This document shows positions 8,982-18,810 of a DNA stretch of 64,000 nt, in pieces. Numbering within the stretch: position 1 is the first letter of the stretch; every line of letters begins with the position of its first letter. This DNA comes from a virus (taxonomy: Duplodnaviria; Caudoviricetes): IMG/VR virus record IMGVR_UViG_3300001580_000006, positions 159,465-223,464 of that record; one strand, written 5' to 3'. Made by a program: the position numbers and the translations under genes. The notes under the pieces were generated by a model. The model ran no database searches and had not been told where the DNA came from. It saw only the letters and a program-made list of their open reading frames with translations.

Positions 8982-9983
8982 CTATACTATATAGCGTTCA
9001 TAGTCTCCATTTACTGCAGACAGTTCTCTAATCATACTGGAACTGATGTGCTCAAAGTGGGGGCTACAGTTAAAGTAGGCAAATTCTACATTTACTACAT
9101 CGTGGATGGCCTTCTGTAGATTAAGCTCATGTTGTATATCGCTGGTGTTCCTAAACCCGCGTATTATGTAGTACTTGTCTTTGGTTCCTGCGATATAATT
9201 ACGAATCCATTTAGCTAATTCAGTATCTACATCGTTACGTTCGTAGGGCTCTAAGGTGGTGCTTAAGGGCCAAGACCACCTTGCAGACTCCTTGTTACCA
9301 GCTTTAGCTTTCAAGATAACGATTTTATCAAATAGTGGCTCAGCCTTATTTAGGACATCAAGGTGTCCTTTGTGGAATGGGTTAAAGCTCCCAGGATAAA
9401 ACGCAATCTTTCTGTTGGTTGACTTTACGTAAGATACGTTCCAAGTGGTGTCTATGCCGGTTTTAACGTGTATCTGTTGTAGAGCCTGGATACGTTTTTC
9501 TCTGAATGTTTTGATCGGCACCCAACTATATTCACGGAATATGTTCTCTTCCATCGCCATTTGGTCTATTTTGCTAGCTCCAAATATTTGTAGATCTAGC
9601 CTAATTAAGGTGCGTGACAACTTATCCAATTTGCGTTTATCAAGAAAGCTATAGCTGGTATTTATAATAGCACTACAGACATCTTTTACTATTTTGCTGT
9701 TCGGATGCTTGGCAAAGTTATGTAGGGCACTAATGGCTCTAGCCTCGTTGTTGGGTGATTTTGGGTCATAGCCAAAGTCGTGGAATACAATAGCTAATAG
9801 CAGAGAATCTGATGGTCTTCCGCCCACAAAGGCGTTATTAACCATTTCTGCGATGTGGTGTATATTGTGATAATGTAACCACGATGGCGAAGTGGCAGCC
9901 AAATAATCATCATAGGTCATGGTGGTATATTTTCTTAATATACCGGCAATCCGAATTTCGGCTATTATACTTGTTTCTCCCAC
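8982..9983 (-). CDS. HD-domain + CoaD/NadD-like nucleotidyltransferase fusion
   Basis: N-terminal YHNIHHI...FHD...DL; C-terminal YPGSFNPFHKGH (HxGH), RGFRN, ISSSMIREL. Confidence 0.85.
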   Translation of the reverse strand: MGETSIIAEIRIAGILRKYTTMTYDDYLAATSPSWLHYHNIHHIAEMVNNAFVGGRPSDSLLLAIVFHDFGYDPKSPNNEARAISALHNFAKHPNSKIVKDVCSAIINTSYSFLDKRKLDKLSRTLIRLDLQIFGASKIDQMAMEENIFREYSWVPIKTFREKRIQALQQIHVKTGIDTTWNVSYVKSTNRKIAFYPGSFNPFHKGHLDVLNKAEPLFDKIVILKAKAGNKESARWSWPLSTTLEPYERNDVDTELAKWIRNYIAGTKDKYYIIRGFRNTSDIQHELNLQKAIHDVVNVEFAYFNCSPHFEHISSSMIRELSAVNGDYERYIV

Positions 9984-10336
9984 AGGCTATACCTCCAATA
10001 GGGTGTTGACATAAATGGCTCTACTTTTGCAGATGGAAGTGCTGCCTTCATCTTTCTTGCACCCTCCGGGTTAAACGAATGTATTACTATCTCTGGAGGC
10101 TGTTTGTCTGAATTGTTCTCCAGCCATTTTGCTACTTCATATCCGGTTCCAGGACCGGAAGCTACCATTTCCGATCCGCCTAAGTCATGATCTAGGAAGA
10201 CTATATCCCAACTATTTTTACCAAGTTCATCTATAGCTTCTTTGGCGGTTTCGACTATGACAGCTGTATGGTGTACAAACACACTGCGCATTGTTTGCCA
10301 CCGAAAGTGACTGTCTTCAAGTATCAGGATTTTCAT
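9965..10336 (-). CDS. Cyclic-phosphate-processing receiver-like domain protein
   Basis: ILILED...FLDHDLG...TGYEVAKWL...IHSFNPEGA..M. Confidence 0.8.
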   Translation of the reverse strand: MKILILEDSHFRWQTMRSVFVHHTAVIVETAKEAIDELGKNSWDIVFLDHDLGGSEMVASGPGTGYEVAKWLENNSDKQPPEIVIHSFNPEGARKMKAALPSAKVEPFMSTPYWRYSLWEKQV

Positions 10337-10533
10337 GACATGTGCTTAGCGCAGACTTGGAATCCTATACGAAGAGCACAACCAGCCAAGCCAGTTTGAG
10401 CTAAGCCTATTACCAAAACTCCCAGCGGCATGTTGTTCGCTTCGTACACAATGTACGGTGTAAGTGCGCACAGTGCTGTAGATAGAACTACAGCAAGGGC
10501 CAAAATTGCCAACTGGCCTTTGGAGATGTTCAT
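10333..10533 (-). CDS. Small membrane protein
   Basis: Two TM-like helices; overlaps both neighbours (ATGA). Confidence 0.6.
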   Translation of the reverse strand: MNISKGQLAILALAVVLSTALCALTPYIVYEANNMPLGVLVIGLAQTGLAGCALRIGFQVCAKHMS

Positions 10534-11300
10534 AGGGCTATTCCTCCGACTCCAATGTCGTCAAAATGTTTATTGGTTCTCAATATTTTATTTATTCTGC
10601 GTTTTACAAACTCACCTTCTAGAGTTCTAAATTGCGCTGCTTCTACTAATTGATTAGTCATATTGTCAAATGACAGTAACCCATCAGTTGACAATATAAC
10701 ACTATCGTATTCATCGATACTAAGAGATACGCGTAGTATGTCAGTACTTGGTTGTATGGACTCAACTTCAAATGACGGCATATCTAGACTAGCAGGAAAC
10801 TTGCTATACTCGACCATCGGCTGTTGATTGCCGACCATAGCAAACCAAGCCGATCTGTCTCTAGTTTCTACTTCATAGTAAGGATAGTATGGAGCATTGC
10901 ATGGGTACTCTATTTTATAATGGACAGCATCTCCGTTCCTTTTTCTAGCAACTATTACACCATCCCCCATTACCAAAATTTCGACGTGATCATCTATGAC
11001 AGTTCCTATCAACAGTGTTGTAAGACCAGCCTCTTTTGGCAGCCCCAAGCTCATTAGTACGTCCTGAGCAGCAGTGGACAATAAGCGCCTAACCTCGCTC
11101 ATAGCAGAAAGCTTCATTAGGCTATTAACCATGAGCTTTCTTCTTACAGCTTCATGAGCATATATCCTTGCACCAACGTCGGTGTTAGGCCCAGAGGAGC
11201 AGCCATCACAGACTACTACGAAATCGTCGCCGGCTGTAATAGCATAGTCTTGGCAGATTTCATGTCCGTACCCTTTGGTAAACATTGCGTCGGTGTGCAT
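10530..11300 (-). CDS. PP2C-family protein phosphatase
   Basis: HEICQDY, VCDGCSS...DVGA, GDG, STDG, DDI motifs. Confidence 0.88.
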   Translation of the reverse strand: MHTDAMFTKGYGHEICQDYAITAGDDFVVVCDGCSSGPNTDVGARIYAHEAVRRKLMVNSLMKLSAMSEVRRLLSTAAQDVLMSLGLPKEAGLTTLLIGTVIDDHVEILVMGDGVIVARKRNGDAVHYKIEYPCNAPYYPYYEVETRDRSAWFAMVGNQQPMVEYSKFPASLDMPSFEVESIQPSTDILRVSLSIDEYDSVILSTDGLLSFDNMTNQLVEAAQFRTLEGEFVKRRINKILRTNKHFDDIGVGGIAL

Positions 11301-11302
11301 AG

Positions 11303-12052
11303 CTACTCTTTTGCAAGTGTTCTATTTATAATGTCAAACAGGACGTCGTAGGATGCAGTTATGTTAGTCTGCTCCTCTATCCCGTTTAGATGCCCAGGCG
11401 ATCTAACAAGAAGAGTACCATTCTTCTGGCGAGGGGTGAGGTCTGTAGCCCAATTTCTACCCAGTTTATGAAGCATTTCGTGCATGTCTGAACTATTTTT
11501 CCCGAGCAGCTCTTTATGCGAGAAGATTGACTGACAGTACATTTGCAAGCTGTTACGAAGCCAATCCCTGTTCCTCCAGACGAAGTAATTAGCTGCATCA
11601 TCCAAAGGAATGTTGAAGGCTCGGGCATCAAAGGTCGGAAGCCCAAATCTGTAATGTTGATCTTCTGATAGATCACAGTTGTGTTCTGCTGCATTTTGTA
11701 ATAACCTATTATAAAAGTTTATGGTCATCATTGAGGCAGCAGAAGACACTATTTTGTTAACCTCGTAGTTGAACCAGCCCTGGGTTTGAATGGCGTCAAA
11801 GTCAGTCAGCATAAAGGAGGCCTCGTCTGACTGTATGTAGCCTAACTTAAACCCCTGCATAGATTTGGCGGTATCCATTGCGCCCTCGACCATAGAAGCC
11901 ATTAAGACACCATCGAAGGGTCTTTGGAACCCCCTAGTAAAGGAATGGAAGTGTTGCCCGTCCACCCTTATTATCAGCGGTGTTCTATGTACGAAAGAGT
12001 GCGCAAACGTGCTTTCGTACTTCTTCATCCTATCGCCTAATGAGTCTACCAT
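11303..12052 (-). CDS. tRNA(His) guanylyltransferase Thg1-like
   Basis: SLGDRMKKYE, IIRVDGQHFHSFT, YIQSDEASF, FDARAF, NYFVWR..D..RNS; probable start MVDSL at 12052. Confidence 0.92.
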   Translation of the reverse strand: MVDSLGDRMKKYESTFAHSFVHRTPLIIRVDGQHFHSFTRGFQRPFDGVLMASMVEGAMDTAKSMQGFKLGYIQSDEASFMLTDFDAIQTQGWFNYEVNKIVSSAASMMTINFYNRLLQNAAEHNCDLSEDQHYRFGLPTFDARAFNIPLDDAANYFVWRNRDWLRNSLQMYCQSIFSHKELLGKNSSDMHEMLHKLGRNWATDLTPRQKNGTLLVRSPGHLNGIEEQTNITASYDVLFDIINRTLAKE

Positions 12053-12418
12053 ATTTATGCTCCGTTTTACCTTCTCGCGTTCTTCGGCGTATGCCTTAGC
12101 GAATTCCTTATTCTTTAGTTCCTTTTTTAGACGTCGCCTGAATGTTCTTACTGGTATTAACTGGGCCACGAACTTTCTCCTTCCATTCCTTTTTGGGAAT
12201 GTATTTGGCACCTTTAGTCACCTCAGTCGCGGCTAGCGCATCGCTCAGCCGAGTAATTGATCCATCCGTGCGTTTTATGCACTTCATTTATTACTCCTTA
12301 TGAAGCCAGCTTGTTTTTGGTTTCCTGTTGATTTTTCTGGAGCGCCTGGCGGTCTTGTTTGCCTTACGGCGTTTTAGCTTAGCATTATGTATGCATTTCG
12401 CTGTTTTCATTGTGCTCC

Positions 12419-13588
12419 TTATATAAGTCCTAATGTTCTTTTTACTAAGTCCACCTTTCCAACATCGCCAGTTTCTTTACCAGTGTCATCGGACAACTTC
12501 ACTGTCCTAACGTAGTCATTTGGGTCACCGTTGGCAGACACTCTAACGAGTTTTATTACCATATTGAGTGGAGTGGTTCCAACATCATTGGTAAGATTGG
12601 TACCTATACCATATAAAGATTTAATTCTATCTTTGCGGTGGGATTCAATAGCAACCATTTTGTTCAGATTTATCTGATCTGAGAAGACGATGGTTTTACT
12701 CTTTGGGTCTATATGCAGTTTTTCGTAGTGAGCTATCATCTTCTCCATAAATTCGATTGGGTCTCCTGAGTCTTGACGAACTCCGTCAAACAATTTGGCT
12801 AGCCTTATGTCGAACTGTTTCAAGAACACTGGAGTAGTATACGTGTCGGTTAGAGCTACTCCTAAACTTCCATTGTAGACTTTGGTCCAAGCGTCCAAGG
12901 CTAGGTGATTTGCATACTCTACTCCAAACACCGCGCCATGGTATTGGAACCACTCGTGTGCATGTGTGCCATGCACTGGCAGATTAAACTCCATACCAAA
13001 GTGTAGGTTACTAGTGCCCTTAAAATTAGGGCCGGCATGGTCTTTCATCGTCTCTATAACCTGCCTATGGTTTTCGGACGAGAATCTGCGTCTCGTACCA
13101 AAGTCTATAAACTGCGCGCGACTGCCGAGTTCAACGGCTTTTGCAATATTCTCCTTGCCGCGTAAGTACTCGCTGTTTATAATACGAGCCGCTAGCTCAA
13201 AGTACAACTCGCTTATAGCGGCCATCAAAGGTACTTCCCACATTATAGCTTTGCGCCACGGGCCAGCTACTGTAACGCTTAGGTTGCCGTCTTTTTGTTC
13301 TATATGAACCAGTCTGGGATCATATCTATAACTGTCAAGAATATCTAGATATGAATCTGGTAGATAGTAGCACTTCTCGCGTATGAACTTACGTTGCTCT
13401 TCCAAAAGAATTTGCGTGCCGGCAAACTTTTCGATTATACTGCGGAGTTTAGCATCGAAGCCATCAGGAAACACTACCGGCCTTCGCATAAACAATTTAT
13501 ACTTAGCCCAGGCGTTTGGGTACAGTAGCTCAATAGCATACTGCATTGTGAGCTTGTACAGATCATTATCTATAAATGACTCTATCAT
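12419..13588 (-). CDS. pncB: Nicotinate phosphoribosyltransferase
   Basis: DNDLYKLTMQ, DFGTRRRFS, GTSN, GTHAHEW, LTDTYT, GVRQDSGDP, GIGTNLTND, KLSDD.GK. Confidence 0.95.
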   Translation of the reverse strand: MIESFIDNDLYKLTMQYAIELLYPNAWAKYKLFMRRPVVFPDGFDAKLRSIIEKFAGTQILLEEQRKFIREKCYYLPDSYLDILDSYRYDPRLVHIEQKDGNLSVTVAGPWRKAIMWEVPLMAAISELYFELAARIINSEYLRGKENIAKAVELGSRAQFIDFGTRRRFSSENHRQVIETMKDHAGPNFKGTSNLHFGMEFNLPVHGTHAHEWFQYHGAVFGVEYANHLALDAWTKVYNGSLGVALTDTYTTPVFLKQFDIRLAKLFDGVRQDSGDPIEFMEKMIAHYEKLHIDPKSKTIVFSDQINLNKMVAIESHRKDRIKSLYGIGTNLTNDVGTTPLNMVIKLVRVSANGDPNDYVRTVKLSDDTGKETGDVGKVDLVKRTLGLI

Positions 13589-13600
13589 CTCATTCCTCTA

Positions 13601-14347
13601 TTACTTACTATCATAATTACCTTGTTTATTCTTGTCCTCCAGCGGTTCGTTTGGCGGGACGGCTCTTTTATCAGTAGCGGCTTGAAGTTCGTTGTATGCT
13701 TTGCGTAATTGTGTCAGACCACAATTACATATTGATGTTGGCTCTATCCCATGTCCGTTGCAAAGTGGCGAATGCCGTAGGTAGCCTTTTTCAAACCACG
13801 CTACGACACGACCTGCCCATTTTATAAGTTCAGCCTCAGTGGCTGGACGGTCTTTGACGGTAGCTTGTTGACAATATCTGAGTACAGCCAGTGCTGCAAT
13901 GGTTTTATCCTCTTCGGAATACTGAGAAAACTCTTTTTCCAAAAATTGTTTTATTGTTTCATTGGTAGGATTTAAAAGAGCCTTCTGTGTTGGAGTAGGC
14001 TTCCTGTCTCGCTTCCACATATAATGGACAGCCATCCCTTCGGGGGACCAGTCGCCACTTTTAGGTGCTTCTCGTTCAAAATATTCGCGGTCTTCAATAT
14101 CCCATCCATTCTCGACCATGAACCAAAAGCTGTCTATTCGCTTCTGCAGAAGCTCTGTAGCCGACAGCTTAATCGTGTTGTTATTAGCTGACTTAGCTTC
14201 TGCACCACACGCTATACATCTTATAGCGTCACGAAAGACCATAACGTGGAACACGTCGTTTCCGCAAGGGCAAACAACTCTGCCAATTTTGTACTCTTCC
14301 ATTTTAATCTCATCTAGCTCTCGGTTGGATTGTTTTCTGTTGGCCAT
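13601..14347 (-). CDS. Hypothetical protein with Zn-ribbon motifs
   Basis: CPCG...CIACG; C-terminal H..C...CNCG. Confidence 0.6.
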   Translation of the reverse strand: MANRKQSNRELDEIKMEEYKIGRVVCPCGNDVFHVMVFRDAIRCIACGAEAKSANNNTIKLSATELLQKRIDSFWFMVENGWDIEDREYFEREAPKSGDWSPEGMAVHYMWKRDRKPTPTQKALLNPTNETIKQFLEKEFSQYSEEDKTIAALAVLRYCQQATVKDRPATEAELIKWAGRVVAWFEKGYLRHSPLCNGHGIEPTSICNCGLTQLRKAYNELQAATDKRAVPPNEPLEDKNKQGNYDSK

Positions 14348-14468
14348 GTGTGCTTAATCATTCTTACGATAAGGTTCTCAAGCCAACTTTGATATCTCCA
14401 GCAGTACCTGCACCACCAGCCGCCATTGCGGTCTTTTACTAGGTGTCCACGGCACTCTATACAGTAGT

Positions 14469-14672
14469 TCATGCTTTTGTCCTAAAGCCATTTTCTATCT
14501 TGTTCCATACACCATAAGCAGTTGTTAGGTCTTTCTTTGCGGCATTACGGATGTTTGGCGTTAGCCCATTGACCTCGATACCATGCAGCAGTTTAGTATA
14601 GAGCAACAAGGCAGCTATGAGTGTACCGCCCTCGTCTGGAGATACGCTAATCCTACTTTCTGGCATTTTCAT
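14469..14672 (-). CDS. Hypothetical protein
   Basis: ORF in the gene string. Confidence 0.5.
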   Translation of the reverse strand: MKMPESRISVSPDEGGTLIAALLLYTKLLHGIEVNGLTPNIRNAAKKDLTTAYGVWNKIENGFRTKA

Positions 14673-15489
14673 TGTCCATTGCGTTTTGAAGTGCCACCAT
14701 CTCGTCTTCTACTTGGTACACCTGATCGATAAACGATTTCTCTCTCTTGAGCAAGCGATTGCGCTCATATGGTAGGTTGATTTCTATCTTCTTTACCATT
14801 TGGCCTGGGTTCGATCTCATTAGGTATATTTCATCAGCAAGATATACTGCCTCTGAGATGTCATGGGTGACAAATATTACAGTGGTCTTTATTTTCGGCC
14901 ACAGGTCGCAGAGAAGGTCCTGCATCTTAAGCCGAGTATTTATGTCTAGAGCGCCAAAAGGCTCATCCATCAAAAGGACCTCAGGGCTAGTTAACAGGCT
15001 TCTAGCGATAGCTACTCTCTGTAGCTGGCCGCCTGAAAGTGTGGGGTATTTAGCATATTTCCAGCCTTGGCCTTCTAGCCCCACTAAACGTAGCATTTCC
15101 TTAGCTTTAGCTGTACGTTCTTCCTTCGGCACGCCTTTATAATAGAGCCCTAAGGCTACGTTTTCCTCAACGCTAAGCCATGGAAAGGAAGAGTACTGCT
15201 GAAAAACCATGGAGGTGGGCATCTGCCTAGACGCTACTTTACCGTTTATAAGGATAGTGCCGGCCGTAGGCTTTTGAATACCTGATATGTAACGTAGTAC
15301 CGTTGACTTGCCGCAACCTGACGCTCCCAAGATTACAACGAACTTACCGGCTGTCGATCCGTCTTCGATTAATAGGTCCAAGTCTTTGAGGACCCAGTGG
15401 TTACCGCCATCATACGATTGGCTCACTTTCTGTAGTTCTACAGAATCCCTTTTATTGGGATCATTAAAGATTGGTATATTTTCGTACAT
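14653..15489 (-). CDS. ABC transporter ATP-binding protein (NitT/TauT family)
   Basis: GASGCGKST, LSGGQLQRVAIAR, LLMDEPFGALD, VTHD; probable start MYEN at 15489. Confidence 0.95.
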   Translation of the reverse strand: MYENIPIFNDPNKRDSVELQKVSQSYDGGNHWVLKDLDLLIEDGSTAGKFVVILGASGCGKSTVLRYISGIQKPTAGTILINGKVASRQMPTSMVFQQYSSFPWLSVEENVALGLYYKGVPKEERTAKAKEMLRLVGLEGQGWKYAKYPTLSGGQLQRVAIARSLLTSPEVLLMDEPFGALDINTRLKMQDLLCDLWPKIKTTVIFVTHDISEAVYLADEIYLMRSNPGQMVKKIEINLPYERNRLLKREKSFIDQVYQVEDEMVALQNAMDNENARK

Positions 15490-15490
15490 G

Positions 15491-16276
15491 TTATTTCCTC
15501 TTATAAGGGAATAGCGTATTATCAAGCCACTTGAACACACGGTCTTGGATAAATCCAATAAGTATGATGACGAGAAGGACCGCAAACACTTTGTCCATTC
15601 TGCATTGTCTAGATGCTGAAAATATCAAAGCGCCTAAGCCGCCAGTTTTGTTAACCAACTCCGCCACAATGATATACGTCCACGATATGGCCACCAGAAC
15701 CCGAATGTCATCCGATAATTTTGATAAAACGGCAGGGATGTACACAGAGTGTATCTGCTGCCAACGGGATGCACCTAAGGTTCTGGAGGTCTGAACGTAG
15801 ACGTCTTCTAGCTCGTCAATTCGTTGTACTACCACCGGAAGGAGGTAGACGAAAATGCCGAAAGCTAGGAACAACACCTTCATATTAGTTTCGATTCCGA
15901 ACCAGGCTATAAAGATGCCAGTAAGAGCAGTGAGGGGAAGGAACCTAGAAGCGTCAATGTAACGGGAAAATAGGCTTCTGCAAATAGGAAACAATCCTAT
16001 TGGAAAGCCTATAAGAAACGCAGCCACAACAGCTTCTACGTACCCAAGCAGGTTAAGCTTGATAGAGTACCCCGCGTTCATTATGAGCGCGTCGTCAAAG
16101 TGAAGCTCACTAAACGATGTTATTACTTTCCAAGGTGCAGGAAGGATAGAAGGTGGAAGTAGGCCAGCACCTGTGATATAGGTCCAAACTGCTAGAATTA
16201 TAGCAAAGCCGGCTACCTCTATCGTAAGGCCTGTGCGCTTGTCTAAACGGCCACGCAGTTCAAAAAATCTTTTCAC
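15491..16276 (-). CDS. ABC transporter permease (NitT/TauT family)
   Basis: Multiple TM helices, EAA-like SRTLGAS, IIVAELV...GLG. Confidence 0.93.
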   Translation of the reverse strand: MKRFFELRGRLDKRTGLTIEVAGFAIILAVWTYITGAGLLPPSILPAPWKVITSFSELHFDDALIMNAGYSIKLNLLGYVEAVVAAFLIGFPIGLFPICRSLFSRYIDASRFLPLTALTGIFIAWFGIETNMKVLFLAFGIFVYLLPVVVQRIDELEDVYVQTSRTLGASRWQQIHSVYIPAVLSKLSDDIRVLVAISWTYIIVAELVNKTGGLGALIFSASRQCRMDKVFAVLLVIILIGFIQDRVFKWLDNTLFPYKRK

Positions 16277-16589
16277 TTCTTCTCCTTAGGAGTACTGTGA
16301 ATAGCTACCGATTTGTTTTCGCAATCTCAGCTCTTCTAATTCTTTCTTTGGTGTTGCTATGGTATACAGAAAGGGCAGCTACAGTGCAGGCAATAATAAG
16401 CCAGAGAATGAGCAGTGCTTTGGAATAGTTACTCATAAGCATGCTCTGGAAGACTGGTTTTGCAGAGATAAGCACATGCGGTACATGTTACCTCGCCGTT
16501 TTTAGGGTACTCAATAATGTCATTCAGCGTGTGGCATTGTGGACAAACCCACTCGTACCCTTTGGCTATTATATCAACTGTTTCCATAG

Positions 16590-16847
16590 TCAGTCCTTGA
16601 TGTGCATTACTTTAAATTGCTGAAGTTGTGGCATACCATATCCTACCCAGACACCGTCAAACTTTCCTAGCCACTTTTTGATGGCGTCTTCGGTGTCCTC
16701 TAGCACCATATGGTTGCCACGTACCGTGTTTCGTAGGTCATCATTCACCACAATTTCTATTTCACCAGCGTCAAGTAACACTTTCGCCGTTTCCGGAATG
16801 GGCAGAAGCTTTGGCTCTACGAGTATATTTATTGTCATCCGCAGCAT
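16590..16847 (-). CDS. Hypothetical protein
   Basis: ORF in the gene string. Confidence 0.55.
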   Translation of the reverse strand: MLRMTINILVEPKLLPIPETAKVLLDAGEIEIVVNDDLRNTVRGNHMVLEDTEDAIKKWLGKFDGVWVGYGMPQLQQFKVMHIKD

Positions 16848-17047
16848 CCTTTGAATGTTACCAAATCTCTTAGCCTGAGAGAGTTGTTTGTCAGTATGAT
16901 GTGTCCGTTTGGTTCTTTAACCTCGAACTGATCACGCTGTGTGGCTTTACTATTTACTTGTTCGGCCATTCCTAAAATCAATGCGCCAAGTGGATCCGGT
17001 GCATCGATACTATACTCAGCGTTTGGAAACTTTACAATGTAGTCCAT
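16835..17047 (-). CDS. Hypothetical protein
   Basis: ORF with an AAGGA RBS. Confidence 0.55.
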   Translation of the reverse strand: MDYIVKFPNAEYSIDAPDPLGALILGMAEQVNSKATQRDQFEVKEPNGHIILTNNSLRLRDLVTFKGCCG

Positions 17048-17248
17048 AATTCCTTTTCGACGGTGGCTGGGCGACTTAGGATTTTAGTCCACACTATCGT
17101 CACATAGTAGCCAGATTCCACTGGCATCTCCCAACTCACCATCTCTGCAGAAGGGCGGCCCACAGGCTGTGGACGTATTTTGTTATTGGTCGACGTGGGT
17201 CCCTAGTCCACGCCGTTCTGCCCCAATTGACGGGGACAGTAGACGCAC

Positions 17249-18787
17249 TTAATCGAGAAGTTCGAAGTCAGTGCGTCTATTCTTGGCCCGACCCCCAGAA
17301 GTAGTATTATCTGCTATGGGGTTGTCTGGGCCGTTTCCGACAACTATAAACCGGTCAGGGTCGAAGCCGTAACGCTGGACTAGGTAGGTAGCTACGGACT
17401 TGGCTCTCCTATACGAAAGATCGCGGTTGTACCCAGGATCACCGGTGTTGTCGGTGTTGCCCTCGACCCGCACCCGCGCTTTGGCGAAACCAGCTGCAAT
17501 GTTGCCGAATTGCTGATCGATGAGGTATTTTGCGTTATCATCGAGCGCATCAGCGTTCACAGCATAGTTCACCGTTACCCTCTTAGTCGTGACTGCGGGG
17601 GCACTCTTCATACCGGAAGGTGCTTTTTCAAACGCAGTAACGGATTCAGCAACGTGCGAGGGACCAGTTAGATCCACTGCCCGCAATATTGCGGTGTTGC
17701 TTATCGACCGCCAATTGGGTACTTTTGCCGGTGCAAAGCCGAGGTTTAGAAAGGCTTCAGCCATTTGTAAATATAGCTTTTCGCCTGTCATGCCAGAGTA
17801 ATCGTTATTCAGATTAAAGAAGTTTACGTTGTCACCGTAAGTGGTTAAATACGCATTGTTTACAGCAATCCACATAAAGTCTTCGCTCTGATTCATGCCG
17901 TCTGCCAAATATTTGGCAGCTTCACGGCGTGAGCCTTGATCGGAGTTAAGAGTGGCATTGGCTGATAGCCAGCCTGTGACCAAAGCAACCAGCTCTTTCT
18001 CGTGCTTGTCTATGAAGGACCTCTTAGCGAAGTAAACGTCCGCTATAATATTTGAAGCCTGCTTCGTTGAACGTAGCACCTTGGCACCCTTAACAGTATT
18101 CACGCAGTCCTCGTCGTCTGGGCTCCAGACGACGGCGGCGTCCACCTGACCAGCTTTGAAGTACCCGGCAGCGTCAATTGCCGAAGGCGCCTCAACCACC
18201 TTAATGTCGTTATAATCCAGGTTACTGGCCAATAGCATACTTACTAATAAGGTGTGGGAGGGCTGAGCGAAGGCTACTGCTACCTTCTTTCCTTTCAGTT
18301 GCTCGAACGAGGTTATGCCCGGCCGAACTACTATAGCGTCTCCACCGCGGCTCCAGTCTATCTGGAAGAATATCTGTGGTTCAAGCTCTGCTAGGCCAGA
18401 AGCGAACGTCGGAAAGACGTCTGCTGTAGTCCACATGAGATCGACCTTATCGGCTTTCCATGCCTCTCTAGCGGTGGTTGGGTCATCGATCAGTACGAAA
18501 TTCACATTGATGCCGTACTTCTTCGAGAACTCGGATTCTGAGTTGGCTTTGAATCCTTTGTTGTACCACACTCCACCTGCGAATCCGCCCCAAGTATTAA
18601 CGCAGACGTTGATGGTCTTCTTGCCGCCGAATATAGAAGGGGACGATTTCGAAGCACCCTTTCCTTCGGGGATAAGCGATTTGCCCATCTTGGTGTTCTT
18701 TAGCAGCGCAACGCCGCCGACTAGGCCGGCCAGAATCACAACCATTAAGAAGATTCTGGCAAACGGCGTCATCTGTGTCTTGGCCAT
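17249..18787 (-). CDS. ABC substrate-binding protein (NMT1/SsuA-like) fused to C-terminal OmpA-like domain
   Basis: N-terminal TM anchor; DWSRGGDAIV, LKGKKVAV, GQVDAAVVWSP; OmpA motifs EGNTD..G...YN..LS..RA..V and G.G...P...N....GR..NRR. Confidence 0.92.
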   Translation of the reverse strand: MAKTQMTPFARIFLMVVILAGLVGGVALLKNTKMGKSLIPEGKGASKSSPSIFGGKKTINVCVNTWGGFAGGVWYNKGFKANSESEFSKKYGINVNFVLIDDPTTAREAWKADKVDLMWTTADVFPTFASGLAELEPQIFFQIDWSRGGDAIVVRPGITSFEQLKGKKVAVAFAQPSHTLLVSMLLASNLDYNDIKVVEAPSAIDAAGYFKAGQVDAAVVWSPDDEDCVNTVKGAKVLRSTKQASNIIADVYFAKRSFIDKHEKELVALVTGWLSANATLNSDQGSRREAAKYLADGMNQSEDFMWIAVNNAYLTTYGDNVNFFNLNNDYSGMTGEKLYLQMAEAFLNLGFAPAKVPNWRSISNTAILRAVDLTGPSHVAESVTAFEKAPSGMKSAPAVTTKRVTVNYAVNADALDDNAKYLIDQQFGNIAAGFAKARVRVEGNTDNTGDPGYNRDLSYRRAKSVATYLVQRYGFDPDRFIVVGNGPDNPIADNTTSGGRAKNRRTDFELLD

Positions 18788-18810
18788 TGTACCTCCTTGT
18801 TTAGGTTTGG

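Noticed and set aside
12053-12211. N-terminal extension of Thg1 in the ORF track
   Set aside because: Family similarity begins at MVDSLGDRMK, which has its own RBS. The extension overlaps another small ORF.
15490-15585. N-terminal extension of the ABC ATPase
   Set aside because: It overlaps the permease, and the ATG at 15489 has a GAGG RBS.
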